Made by a program: the position numbers and the translations under genes | Source of the DNA: Promethearchaeota archaeon | Lineage (GTDB): Archaea; Asgardarchaeota; Lokiarchaeia; Sigyniarchaeales; SOKP01 | Length of the DNA stretch: 64,000 nt | Assembly (NCBI GenBank): GCA_019058015.1 | Contig: JAHLWH010000134.1 | Coordinates: 1 to 64,000 of the forward strand | Direction of reading: 5' to 3' | Notes under the pieces: generated by a model | Seen by the model: the letters and a program-made list of their open reading frames with translations, nothing else | The model's database searches: none | Told to the model about the DNA's origin: nothing | Part shown: one piece after another, positions 1-9,424 of the stretch | Numbering within the stretch: the stretch's first letter is position 1 | Layout of the letters: each line of letters begins with the position of its first letter

Positions 1-2
1 CA

Positions 3-3000
3 ATAAAGCAAGCCATTTCAATAATATTAATAGCTATTTTACTCTTTGGGCTATATTTGGGCTCTATAGCTTTATTTGGGCTAATATTCGGTATAAGAAC
101 AAACCCATCAGATGAATTAGTAAATGCAACAGAAGAAGAGGCAGAATTATTCGATATTGCATTTGATATGTTTGATTTGATGGATCTTCTCGATTATGAT
201 GATCTCCTAGAACACGCTGGAGAAGCAGTTTTTTATATTGAAGATTATGATCCTTTTGATGAATCTTGGCTATGGAAATTCTCTGTAGCGGATGAATATA
301 ATAACGACGGGAGTTGGTCCCAATCAGTATCTGGGGTAAGCCCAACAGAATTTACTTACTGGCATGATTATAATAATGACTATTCAGATAGAGATATAAT
401 AAGAATAAAATATCCAATTGATGCAACAGCAGGAGAAAATTCATTGGTAATTCCCTCCTTATTCCCTACACCTCATATTATGGAAAGACCATGGATAGAC
501 CCTTGGGATTGGGACGCTGGTTTTGAAAATCATTCAACTATATTATATAAGGATATTTTTAATGTGGCATCGGTAAATCTTAATTTTAACTCTGATTATT
601 CAGGTAATCTTACATATGATTTATTTAGCGAATCCGTTATGAGCCCAACTGAATTAAATAATTCCGCTGTTATGGAAACTTATACTCTTAATGCGACAAA
701 AGAACAATATTATCAATTACCAGACCCAGGGGGCATACCAGGCTATATCTTAAATAATCCAAATTTTAAAAGCCATTATGATGCACTAGATGTTATTATT
801 GATTCTAAAGATAATGCATATGTAAAAGCTAATAAAATTAGAAATTATTTGCAAGAAAATTTTGATGTTGATGTCCTTCCTCCTTATAATCGCCCCGCTC
901 AGGGACAAGACGTAGTTGAATGGTTTTGTGGTGAACAATCTGGAATTTTCTCCGATTTTGCGGCAACCTTTACAGCATTTGCTCGTGCGTTTGGAATTGC
1001 AAGTCGATATGTTGATGGTTTCAATTCTCGAAAATTCCCTATCTATCCGAGCGAACATTATAATGCTCAAGAAGATAAAAATTATTCGATAATTAGAAGG
1101 ATAAATCTTTATTCATGGTCAGAAATTTATGTTCCGTTAGCCATTGATGGATCTGGTGTTTGGACTGAAATGGATATTTTATTTGAAGGACAAAATCCAT
1201 TAACTTTTGAAGAAATGGAATTAATTGTTTATACAAATACAACATCTCCTGTAATTCGTGGGGATTCAGTGGAAATTACAGCAGAACTTTTTTCAAGCGG
1301 AAACCCTCAAGAGGGAATAACTATTACTTTTGAAGATGTTTCGGAAAATAATCCAGATTTACCTCAAGGAATAACAGATAATAATGGTAAATGTTCCATA
1401 ATAATTAATATTGATGATCAGACAGTTGCTGGACTCCATTTAATTCAAGCATCTTCGGGATTTACTGTTAATTACACTATTTATTTTCTAAATGCACCTA
1501 TAGAAGTTAACCTTGATAGTGTGTTGCCCAATTATATTGATAAAACAATTTCTAGTAACACAAATATAACTGGTGATCTAATTGATCCCGCAAAGGGAAA
1601 AGGTATATCCGACGGGGAAGTAGAATTTATACTCTTAGATTCATTAAATATTAAAACTTCATTTGCATTCGTACCCGATTCTGAAATTACAGATAATAAT
1701 GGAGAATATAATGTGGATGTAAGAGTGAATGACCATGTAATAAGTGGAACATACAATGTTCGAGTAGATTTTAATGGATCATTTAATGTCAATGTGCCTT
1801 TATTGGGTTTCTCATATCCATTCTATTATCCTATAATAAATGATTCCAGTTTACCTATATCTATTGATATCTTCAATCCATCTGCTACTTTCTTAGATCT
1901 TTATATCGAAGGGTATCCAAATGATGATTTTCAAAATCCAAGAGTTAATAACTATGATTGGATTGAATTAAAAGCAGAATTACATACAGTAAGCGGTACA
2001 CCTTTGGCTGGTGAAAATATTACTTTTTACGACATTACTGGGGATTTATATAATGATCCCATAGTTATTGATTCTGTTCTTACTGATTTTAATGGAGAGG
2101 CATATGTTTTGTATGATTTATGGAATAATCGCACAGTCGCAGGACCACATTTAATTTGTGCAGAATGGGGATTCCTTAATAATTATTCATATTTCATTGT
2201 AGATGCAAATGTTAAAATAAATCTAAATCCACCAAGACCAATTCCAAATATTATCAATCGAAGTGGTTCAATAGGTAATACTTTTAATATAAAAGGATCA
2301 ATAGTAGATTATATCTTTAATGATCCTTTAAAATATGCACTAATTTCCGTAAGATTATTTAAAGATTCGATAGATTATTCCCCCTATCTACAACCCTCAC
2401 CTCCCATACTTTTTTATTGCAATGAATATGGTGTATTTGATCTAATCTTTGATGTTGATGATACAATCCTTCCAGGAAATTATTCCATAAGAGTAGATTT
2501 TAATGGGACATTTGATTATTCATGGCACTCTTTTTCTTCACATCCTAATCATCCTAATCCCTTCAATCTTAATTATATTAATACATCTGCATCTACTGTG
2601 ATAGATTTGAAGATAGAAGCACCAGACGCCTTTATATTTGATTTCTGGATAAATAGCACTCCCAGTTCTGAATATGAGGAGCCGGTAGTAAAAAGGACTC
2701 AAGAATTAAATTTAACTGCATATCTACAAAGTGGCGCTAACCCTATTGTCGGAGAATCTGTAACTTTTTATGATGTCACAGATGATTCACTTATCGGTAT
2801 AAGAACCACAGATACGAATGGGTTTGCAAACATCTCTTATAATTTAACCCCTTTATTAGCAGGACCACATTTAATATACGCTAAATATGAATCATTTTAT
2901 AATTATTCCTATTTCATCTTAAATGAATCTATTTATGTAGATCTCATATCTGGACCAACGCCACCCACTATAAATAGAAGTGGAAGTATAAATACAATTT

Positions 3001-4352
3001 TTAATCTTCGCGGATATGTAAGAGATAAATTCTCTGACACGCCAATTAAAAACTGCAGAGTTTACTTTAGTATGTTTGATGGCGGTTGGGAAGTATATTA
3101 TTTAACTCCAGATTATTATGATTGTGGCTCAACTGGTGAATTTGATGTAAATTTTGATGTAGATGATTTTACCCCTCCAAAAAATTACACTCTTAGAATT
3201 GAATTAGATGGAATCTTTGATTATTGGAGTTCTCCTTATCCCCATTATTTTAACCTTTATTCATTTAATAATTTTGTAAATTCAACTCAACCCACTCTAG
3301 ATCTTGAAGTTTTAGACCCAAATGACATATTACTTGAATTTTGGATAAATAAAACTAAAACTAGTTCAAATTATGATGGGGGTAACCCACCACCAACTTA
3401 TAAACGTAATGAATATGTTAATTTCACAGTAAGAGTGTACCGAAGTGGGTCTTATCAAACTATTGGTAGTGTATATCTCTATGATGTATTAGAAGATAGT
3501 GTTAATCCAATAGATAACCAACCTGTAGATGGTCAAGGATTTACAACATTTATTATTGAATTAGATAATACTTGGGTTGCTGGACCACATAAAATAAAAG
3601 TACAGTGGGAAACCTTTAACACGTATAATTATACATATATCGTATTGAATGATACTGTAAAAGTAGAAATTTCATCTAATGTAAATATTGTTGTAAGGAA
3701 TGTTGATTGGATAACTGTCTCAGGGTGTGTTAATGATACAATTTCTCAAATAAAAGTAAAACAAGTAGAAGTCAACATCAGATTATTTAATAAAATAACA
3801 ATGGCGGACAATACAAATTATCTTATTATTGATTGGGGTCAAAGTTACATGCTTACCAGAAATGGAAACAGTTGGAATTATAAATTTACTTTTCGATTAA
3901 ATATTTCAACACCTCCGGGGGAATATTATTTATGTGTTGATTTTAATGGATCAATTAGAGATTCTTCTGGTCCTGTTTTTATTAACCTTGACAATTATAT
4001 GATCTCAAATAGTAGTGAATTGAAACCCCTAAATATTTCTGCTGCAACTATTATAAATGGGACTTATGAATCAGATAATGATTTCGATTGGGTTACTAAT
4101 GAAACTATAATAATTCATGGATACCTAACTTGGGACAATGGAACTCCTATGGAAGGATATTCAGTTAATGTTACACTTGAAAATCCGCTAGATAACATTT
4201 TAACTGAGCGAAGCAGCACTACTGGGATGGGGGGAGAATTTTGGTTTTATATTACAATTGAAGAGGACTGGAATAAAGGATATGTTTTCGGGATTTTCTA
4301 CGGAAATAATTTTGTATTAGGCTGTAAAGAGGAATTACCGAGGAGTAGTTAA
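3..4352 (+). CDS. Giant surface protein: transglutaminase-like domain (catalytic residues apparently lost) plus Ig-like repeats; 5'-partial
   Basis: The frame is open from position 3 (IKQAISIILIAILLFGLYLG, an N-terminal hydrophobic anchor), so the true start lies upstream of the window. TGase-like motifs GIFSDFAATF-ARAFGIASRYVDGF, YSWSEIY and WTEMD. Four tandem ~240-aa units. Many N-x-S/T sequons. Confidence 0.85.
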   Translation: MKQAISIILIAILLFGLYLGSIALFGLIFGIRTNPSDELVNATEEEAELFDIAFDMFDLMDLLDYDDLLEHAGEAVFYIEDYDPFDESWLWKFSVADEYNNDGSWSQSVSGVSPTEFTYWHDYNNDYSDRDIIRIKYPIDATAGENSLVIPSLFPTPHIMERPWIDPWDWDAGFENHSTILYKDIFNVASVNLNFNSDYSGNLTYDLFSESVMSPTELNNSAVMETYTLNATKEQYYQLPDPGGIPGYILNNPNFKSHYDALDVIIDSKDNAYVKANKIRNYLQENFDVDVLPPYNRPAQGQDVVEWFCGEQSGIFSDFAATFTAFARAFGIASRYVDGFNSRKFPIYPSEHYNAQEDKNYSIIRRINLYSWSEIYVPLAIDGSGVWTEMDILFEGQNPLTFEEMELIVYTNTTSPVIRGDSVEITAELFSSGNPQEGITITFEDVSENNPDLPQGITDNNGKCSIIINIDDQTVAGLHLIQASSGFTVNYTIYFLNAPIEVNLDSVLPNYIDKTISSNTNITGDLIDPAKGKGISDGEVEFILLDSLNIKTSFAFVPDSEITDNNGEYNVDVRVNDHVISGTYNVRVDFNGSFNVNVPLLGFSYPFYYPIINDSSLPISIDIFNPSATFLDLYIEGYPNDDFQNPRVNNYDWIELKAELHTVSGTPLAGENITFYDITGDLYNDPIVIDSVLTDFNGEAYVLYDLWNNRTVAGPHLICAEWGFLNNYSYFIVDANVKINLNPPRPIPNIINRSGSIGNTFNIKGSIVDYIFNDPLKYALISVRLFKDSIDYSPYLQPSPPILFYCNEYGVFDLIFDVDDTILPGNYSIRVDFNGTFDYSWHSFSSHPNHPNPFNLNYINTSASTVIDLKIEAPDAFIFDFWINSTPSSEYEEPVVKRTQELNLTAYLQSGANPIVGESVTFYDVTDDSLIGIRTTDTNGFANISYNLTPLLAGPHLIYAKYESFYNYSYFILNESIYVDLISGPTPPTINRSGSINTIFNLRGYVRDKFSDTPIKNCRVYFSMFDGGWEVYYLTPDYYDCGSTGEFDVNFDVDDFTPPKNYTLRIELDGIFDYWSSPYPHYFNLYSFNNFVNSTQPTLDLEVLDPNDILLEFWINKTKTSSNYDGGNPPPTYKRNEYVNFTVRVYRSGSYQTIGSVYLYDVLEDSVNPIDNQPVDGQGFTTFIIELDNTWVAGPHKIKVQWETFNTYNYTYIVLNDTVKVEISSNVNIVVRNVDWITVSGCVNDTISQIKVKQVEVNIRLFNKITMADNTNYLIIDWGQSYMLTRNGNSWNYKFTFRLNISTPPGEYYLCVDFNGSIRDSSGPVFINLDNYMISNSSELKPLNISAATIINGTYESDNDFDWVTNETIIIHGYLTWDNGTPMEGYSVNVTLENPLDNILTERSSTTGMGGEFWFYITIEEDWNKGYVFGIFYGNNFVLGCKEELPRSS
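1215..4050 (+). repeat. Four tandem ~240-aa two-domain Ig-like units within the giant protein
   Basis: The AG(L/P)H(L/K)I motif starts at 1428, 2139, 2859 and 3579 (spacing 711, 720, 720 bp). Each is followed by a (G/K)xYxxxx(D/E)(F/L)(N/D)G motif. Confidence 0.85.
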
Positions 4353-4357
4353 TCTAA

Positions 4358-6223
4358 ATGAAAAATAAAAATCACATTATTGCCAATTTAAAAAATAGAA
4401 AACTCGGTTTAATTTTAATTCTATTATTTTTCGCTTTATGGTTTAATTTTTCAATTTTAAGTAGAGATTCATTCAAAGATAAATTTAAATGCATAAACGA
4501 TCAAAATCCAAAAATAGCGGGTATTTATTATTTTTTAAATTTAACAAATCCAACAGAAGTTAATAATTCATATTTTAAGCATGATGAATCAATTACAATA
4601 AGAGGAATAGTTTATAACCCTTATTTAGGTGGAGGTCAACCCAATGTAAATGTTACTTTAATCTTTGATGGAGTTGATCTTGGTGAAAGTGTAGGTGCAA
4701 AAAATAATACAGATCTTTCCGGTAATTTTGAAATAACTACAAATATTCCAATGGGGGTAAATATTTATCAACCGAATTTAGTAAATGTTAGTGTAACTGA
4801 TCCTAAAAGCACCAAATACAACCATCATTATATTATTAATGTAACAGCAGATTCTAAAATTGAATATAATGAGACAAACGATTCTCCTGTAATTAGGGGT
4901 GAAAATTATAAAATTGCGGGAAATCTTTTTTTTGATAATAACTCGGGAATTTCTGGTGCAAATGTAGATGTATATTGGAGAATTGATGGTTCAGATACTT
5001 ATTTAGGATTCATTACAACAGACGCAAATGGAACTTTTTCTGGTCAATTTCCCCTCCCTCTTGCTGAATGGAGCACATTAGCACTTGTTCTAAATTTCCC
5101 GGGCACATCTCGAATAAATCATTCCTTTCAAATAATCGAAAGTTTGCTTATTTATACTCCTAAAAATTCTACAATTGAATATCAAGAGATAAATCAATTT
5201 CCAAAAATTAGGGGTGAGGGTTATAACATTGCAGGGTACTTATATTCTAATAACAATTCAGGAATTCCTGAAGTTGAGATCGATATATTTTGGAGAATTA
5301 ATGGTATAGATGAATATCAGGGCAATATTACAACAGATTCAAACGGTTATTTTTCTGGGATAGCTTTACTTCCTTCTATCGAATGGATTTCGCTCGCTCT
5401 AGCTATTAATTTCACCAGTTCTCCAAAATATGAAAAATCAAGTTTAATAATTGATAATTTATTTGTATTTTCAAATTTCACGTGTAATTGGTATTTACCT
5501 GAAAATATTACGGAAGGAGAAACTATAATAATTCGAGGAGAATTATCTTCTTCCTCGGATCCCTCCTTTAAAATATTTAATAGATCAATTAATATTTATT
5601 TTGGGGGAGTATTAACTAAACAGCTTACTACAAATAGTAGTGGTGGGTTTTCATTTGAATTTATAGCCTCAGGAAATGGTACATTAACTGTTTCAACAGA
5701 AAATCTTCTTAATTTACCAGTTCAATCATCTATCGTTGTCAATGTGACTGCTGGTGCTGAAGCGCCTCCCCCGGGGGGATTTCTAATTAATCCAGTTACA
5801 ATTATTATTCTAATTGTAATAATAGCGGGAATTATTACTGCCGTTTATTTTTTTAGTAAGAGACAAGCTGCTGAGCCTACAGTAGTCCAAATCCCTCTTG
5901 AGAATAAGTTAAAGAATATAACTATACTTAAGGATACTGATAGGCGTGAAGAATCAGTTGTTTATCTATTTTATGTCTTTTTACAACTTAGTGAAGCTAA
6001 ATTTGGAATAACAAAGCAGCCTAATGAAACGGTTAATGATTATGCTATCAAATGTGTTAGAGATATGGGCCTCGCACCTTTAAAAATATATCCTTTCATA
6101 AAAAAAATTGAGCAAATTTTATATGGAAGTGGAGGTAAAATTAGTGAAGAAGATTTTGAAGAAATTTTCTCTCAATTTATTATATTGTTTTATGATTTTA
6201 CAGGATATCAAATTAAATTGTAA
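4358..6223 (+). CDS. Membrane-anchored Ig-repeat glycoprotein with C-terminal DUF4129-like helical domain
   Basis: N-terminal hydrophobic segment, Ig-like repeats (TTDxNG motifs), a TM helix (VTIIILIVIIAGIITAVYFF) and a cytosolic tail with ETVNDY...IEQILYG. Confidence 0.8.
   Translation: MKNKNHIIANLKNRKLGLILILLFFALWFNFSILSRDSFKDKFKCINDQNPKIAGIYYFLNLTNPTEVNNSYFKHDESITIRGIVYNPYLGGGQPNVNVTLIFDGVDLGESVGAKNNTDLSGNFEITTNIPMGVNIYQPNLVNVSVTDPKSTKYNHHYIINVTADSKIEYNETNDSPVIRGENYKIAGNLFFDNNSGISGANVDVYWRIDGSDTYLGFITTDANGTFSGQFPLPLAEWSTLALVLNFPGTSRINHSFQIIESLLIYTPKNSTIEYQEINQFPKIRGEGYNIAGYLYSNNNSGIPEVEIDIFWRINGIDEYQGNITTDSNGYFSGIALLPSIEWISLALAINFTSSPKYEKSSLIIDNLFVFSNFTCNWYLPENITEGETIIIRGELSSSSDPSFKIFNRSINIYFGGVLTKQLTTNSSGGFSFEFIASGNGTLTVSTENLLNLPVQSSIVVNVTAGAEAPPPGGFLINPVTIIILIVIIAGIITAVYFFSKRQAAEPTVVQIPLENKLKNITILKDTDRREESVVYLFYVFLQLSEAKFGITKQPNETVNDYAIKCVRDMGLAPLKIYPFIKKIEQILYGSGGKISEEDFEEIFSQFIILFYDFTGYQIKL
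4850..5470 (+). repeat. Internal tandem duplication of a 105-aa Ig-like domain
   Basis: DSKIEY..PVIRGENY..NNSGI..YWRIDG..ITTDANG versus NSTIEY..PKIRGEGY..NNSGI..FWRING..ITTDSNG, offset 315 bp. Confidence 0.85.
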
Positions 6224-6283
6224 TAATATATGGTAAATAAAAAATTGGAAAAAAAAAATAAAAGAAAAAAATAGTGAAATAAT

Positions 6284-6649
6284 ATGGCAAAAAGTAAAAA
6301 AAAGAAAGGACAACCTATTTTTGATATAGAAAGTAAAAAAAGAAATATACAAGTGTTAAATCAAACAGATCGCATGAAAGAAGCTATTGCATACATTTAT
6401 TTAATTTATACCGATTTGATACGGCAAAAATATGGCCAACCAAGAAAATTTTTCGAAACCATTCGTGACTTTGCAATAACATGCGTTAAAAAATTAGGCC
6501 AAAATCCAGAAAGTATTTATCCATTCATTCAAAAAATTGAAGAAACGATATACGGAGGAGTTGAACCGACTGAAAATGATTTCAAAGACACAATAAGTTT
6601 GTTTTCAAAAATCTATACGGAAATGACTGGAAAACAATTCCGTTTTTAA
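6284..6649 (+). CDS. Stand-alone soluble DUF4129-like protein
   Basis: Clearly paralogous to the C-terminal domain of the upstream gene (TDR..E, ETIRDFAI.CV..LG, IYPFI.KIE..IYG). Confidence 0.8.
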   Translation: MAKSKKKKGQPIFDIESKKRNIQVLNQTDRMKEAIAYIYLIYTDLIRQKYGQPRKFFETIRDFAITCVKKLGQNPESIYPFIQKIEETIYGGVEPTENDFKDTISLFSKIYTEMTGKQFRF

Positions 6650-6681
6650 TTAATCTAAAAAGATAAAATCATCTTTAAAAT

Positions 6682-8355
6682 ATGCCAGAAAGAAAAAGTG
6701 TAGTAGTTTCTAAATACATAGTTTACATTTTTTTTACTGTGTATTTAATAGTTGTGGGAATTGAATTGTCTACTGTGACAAATGCTCCCTATTTTGTTAG
6801 TTTTCTTCCAATGGTATGTTTTTTGGGAGCCGGAATCATTGGAATTAGACTTATAATTTTTATTATTACTTCTCGAAAACAAAAAACCCGACAGGCAAAA
6901 TCAGAGAAAAAAATGAAGATTAGTTGGAAACAGAGTTTATTCCTTATAATTTTCGTTATATCTTTCATACCTCTATTAGCTTCTATAATAGATCAAGGAA
7001 AAAATGACCATAATTTCTCGATTCATAATTCTCAATGGAATGGATGTTCTGAACTGAAAGATACACTCGAAGCCAATGGTTATAATGTTTCTTCCATTCA
7101 AACTGACCTAAGTGCAACTCAGAGACTTGACAAACCTGTAGTTTTAATTATAATGGGAGCGAACCGTTTTTATAATCCATTATATGAAATCCCATTTTTT
7201 ATTGATTTTATGAAAGGAAATAACTCCTTATTTGTATGTCATGATCATGGAAGTACATCTGAATTATTATACCAAATTGCACTTACAAGTGTTGGATCAT
7301 TCCCCGTAACTATATTTCCTGAAGGAATTTTACGTGATAATGCTTCTTATGATACAAATCCAACATTCCCTATTATAACAGATTTTCAAACTCACCCAAC
7401 AACCCAAGGAATTTCCAAAGTAATTTTAAGTCGTTCATCTTGTGCCTTAGGTGGGCCATTTATTGAAATGTTTGGATGGAGTTTAATTGGTCAATCAAGT
7501 CAATATAGTTTTGTAGATAGAAACGGAGATGGAATTTATACTAGTGAGGAGGATGGATATACCTTTCTTGGAGGCATGGGTGAATTTTTAGGAATTGAAG
7601 GCGAATTTACAATTCCATTAGGAGGGTATCCGCAAGCAGTATTCATGGCAACTGATGTTGGAAGCAATTCCCGTATATTTTGTTCTGCAGATGCCAGTTT
7701 ATTTGATAATGAACTAATAAATAATGATAATTATGATAATAAACAATTTGCATTAAATATTTTAAACTGGCTTACCTTTGGAAACCCTTCAAATTATATA
7801 CTCGCTTTTGATGAGGCTCATATAAGACCGGAAAACTTGCCAGATGTGTCATCTGCAGGCATTTTTGGTCTCTATCTTAGTTATATAATTCATTTATCGA
7901 CAAATCCTCTAACTGCCTTTATTTATCCATTACTAGGAATTTATACACTTAAAAAATATTTGCCTAAAGAAGCTAAAGAAGAAGAAAAAAAGATAGAAAA
8001 AGAAGAGGAAAAGAAAGAAGAAACATTAAAATTCCGAACTTCCTCCTTCTTTGCAAGAAAAATTAATTGGTATAAAGATAATCGTAAATATAATCAAGCT
8101 TTAACTTTACTATTCCGAAGGCTTGAGAGAAAAATCAATATTTTATTAAAAGGTCGAGCCTTAACTGTAGATAATATAATTAATTTAATAATTATGGAAA
8201 AGGGAAAAGCCAATATCTCAAAAACAAATTTAAGAAGATTAATTAATTTTTTTGAAGCAATAATTGGTGTTAAAAATAATAAAAAGAAAATTAGAGATCC
8301 TGAAGAGTTCCAAAAGTTATTCTTCGAAATGGAATGGGCAATGAATCAAATTTGA
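6682..8355 (+). CDS. DUF4350 (GIFT/GATase-like fold) membrane protein
   Basis: Three N-terminal TMs; FSIHNSQWNGCSEL, SADASLFDN and FDEAH motifs typical of DUF4350; a further TM; helical C-terminal domain. Lies directly upstream of MoxR. Confidence 0.8.
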   Translation: MPERKSVVVSKYIVYIFFTVYLIVVGIELSTVTNAPYFVSFLPMVCFLGAGIIGIRLIIFIITSRKQKTRQAKSEKKMKISWKQSLFLIIFVISFIPLLASIIDQGKNDHNFSIHNSQWNGCSELKDTLEANGYNVSSIQTDLSATQRLDKPVVLIIMGANRFYNPLYEIPFFIDFMKGNNSLFVCHDHGSTSELLYQIALTSVGSFPVTIFPEGILRDNASYDTNPTFPIITDFQTHPTTQGISKVILSRSSCALGGPFIEMFGWSLIGQSSQYSFVDRNGDGIYTSEEDGYTFLGGMGEFLGIEGEFTIPLGGYPQAVFMATDVGSNSRIFCSADASLFDNELINNDNYDNKQFALNILNWLTFGNPSNYILAFDEAHIRPENLPDVSSAGIFGLYLSYIIHLSTNPLTAFIYPLLGIYTLKKYLPKEAKEEEKKIEKEEEKKEETLKFRTSSFFARKINWYKDNRKYNQALTLLFRRLERKINILLKGRALTVDNIINLIIMEKGKANISKTNLRRLINFFEAIIGVKNNKKKIRDPEEFQKLFFEMEWAMNQI

Positions 8356-8411
8356 TTGCCCAAAATTAAATCATTAAAAAAATAAACAAATTTTAAAAAA
8401 AAAATAAAAAA

Positions 8412-9401
8412 GTGAAAAAAATGGAAGCACCAAAAAAAGTAAAAGACCGATTTGGACAAGAATTTGACCTATCTCCAGTAAGGAATGTTGCACATAATGT
8501 TCTCTCAGAAGTAGCATCTGTTATTGTAGGATATGGAGAAATCATGCAGAACCTTTTTATCGCACTTCTAGTAAACGGTCATGTCTTGCTAGAAGGCGTA
8601 CCAGGCCTTGGAAAAACGGTTATGGCAAAGACGTTTGCAAAAGTGCTCGGTATGTCATTTAGTAGAGTACAATTTACACCAGATCTCTTACCTGCAGACA
8701 TCACTGGGACCAAAATTTTTGATCAAAGTGAAGGTAGTTTTGTATTAATGCCAGGACCAATCTTCGCTAATATAGTTCTCGCGGATGAAATAAACAGAAG
8801 TGCCCCTAAAACTCAAGCAGCTCTTCTAGAAGCGATGGCTGAACGACAAGTGACAATTGAAAATGAAACTAGGATATTAGAAAAACCATTTATGGTTATT
8901 GCAACGGAAAATCCAATAGAAATGGAAGGTACATATCCCCTTCCAGAGGCTCAAGTTGACCGGTTCATCTTTAAACTTTGGCTTGATTATCCAGAAATAG
9001 ATGATGAGGTTGAGATTATTCGCCGACAATTATCTGGAGATGTAAGTGCTGTTGAAAATATAACCAATTCTGAAGAAATAATTCAAATTCAAAGTTTGGT
9101 AAATATGGTATATATCGATGATAGAATCCTTAAATATATTAGAGATATTATCGTTAAAACTAGGCAACACCCACAAATTGCTCTTGGAGCTGGACCTAGA
9201 GCAAGTTTAGCATTAATGAAATGTGGTAAGGCAAGAGCAGCAATTCTAGGACGGAATTATGCAACTCCTGATGACATAAAATCACTATGCATATCAGTAT
9301 TAAACCACCGTGTATTATTAAAACCAGAAGCAGAATTAGAAGGTCTTGATACTACCACAGTTATTAAAAGAATATTGGAAGATTTACCAGTTCCTATATA
9401 A
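8412..9401 (+). CDS. moxR: MoxR-family AAA+ ATPase
   Basis: GHVLLEGVPGLGKT, RVQFTPDLLPADITG, LADEINRS.PKTQAALLEAM, ATENPIE.EGTYPLPEAQ.DRF. Alternative ATG at 8421. Confidence 0.96.
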   Translation: MKKMEAPKKVKDRFGQEFDLSPVRNVAHNVLSEVASVIVGYGEIMQNLFIALLVNGHVLLEGVPGLGKTVMAKTFAKVLGMSFSRVQFTPDLLPADITGTKIFDQSEGSFVLMPGPIFANIVLADEINRSAPKTQAALLEAMAERQVTIENETRILEKPFMVIATENPIEMEGTYPLPEAQVDRFIFKLWLDYPEIDDEVEIIRRQLSGDVSAVENITNSEEIIQIQSLVNMVYIDDRILKYIRDIIVKTRQHPQIALGAGPRASLALMKCGKARAAILGRNYATPDDIKSLCISVLNHRVLLKPEAELEGLDTTTVIKRILEDLPVPI

Positions 9402-9424
9402 AAAAAGAAAATGGTGAATGTAAA

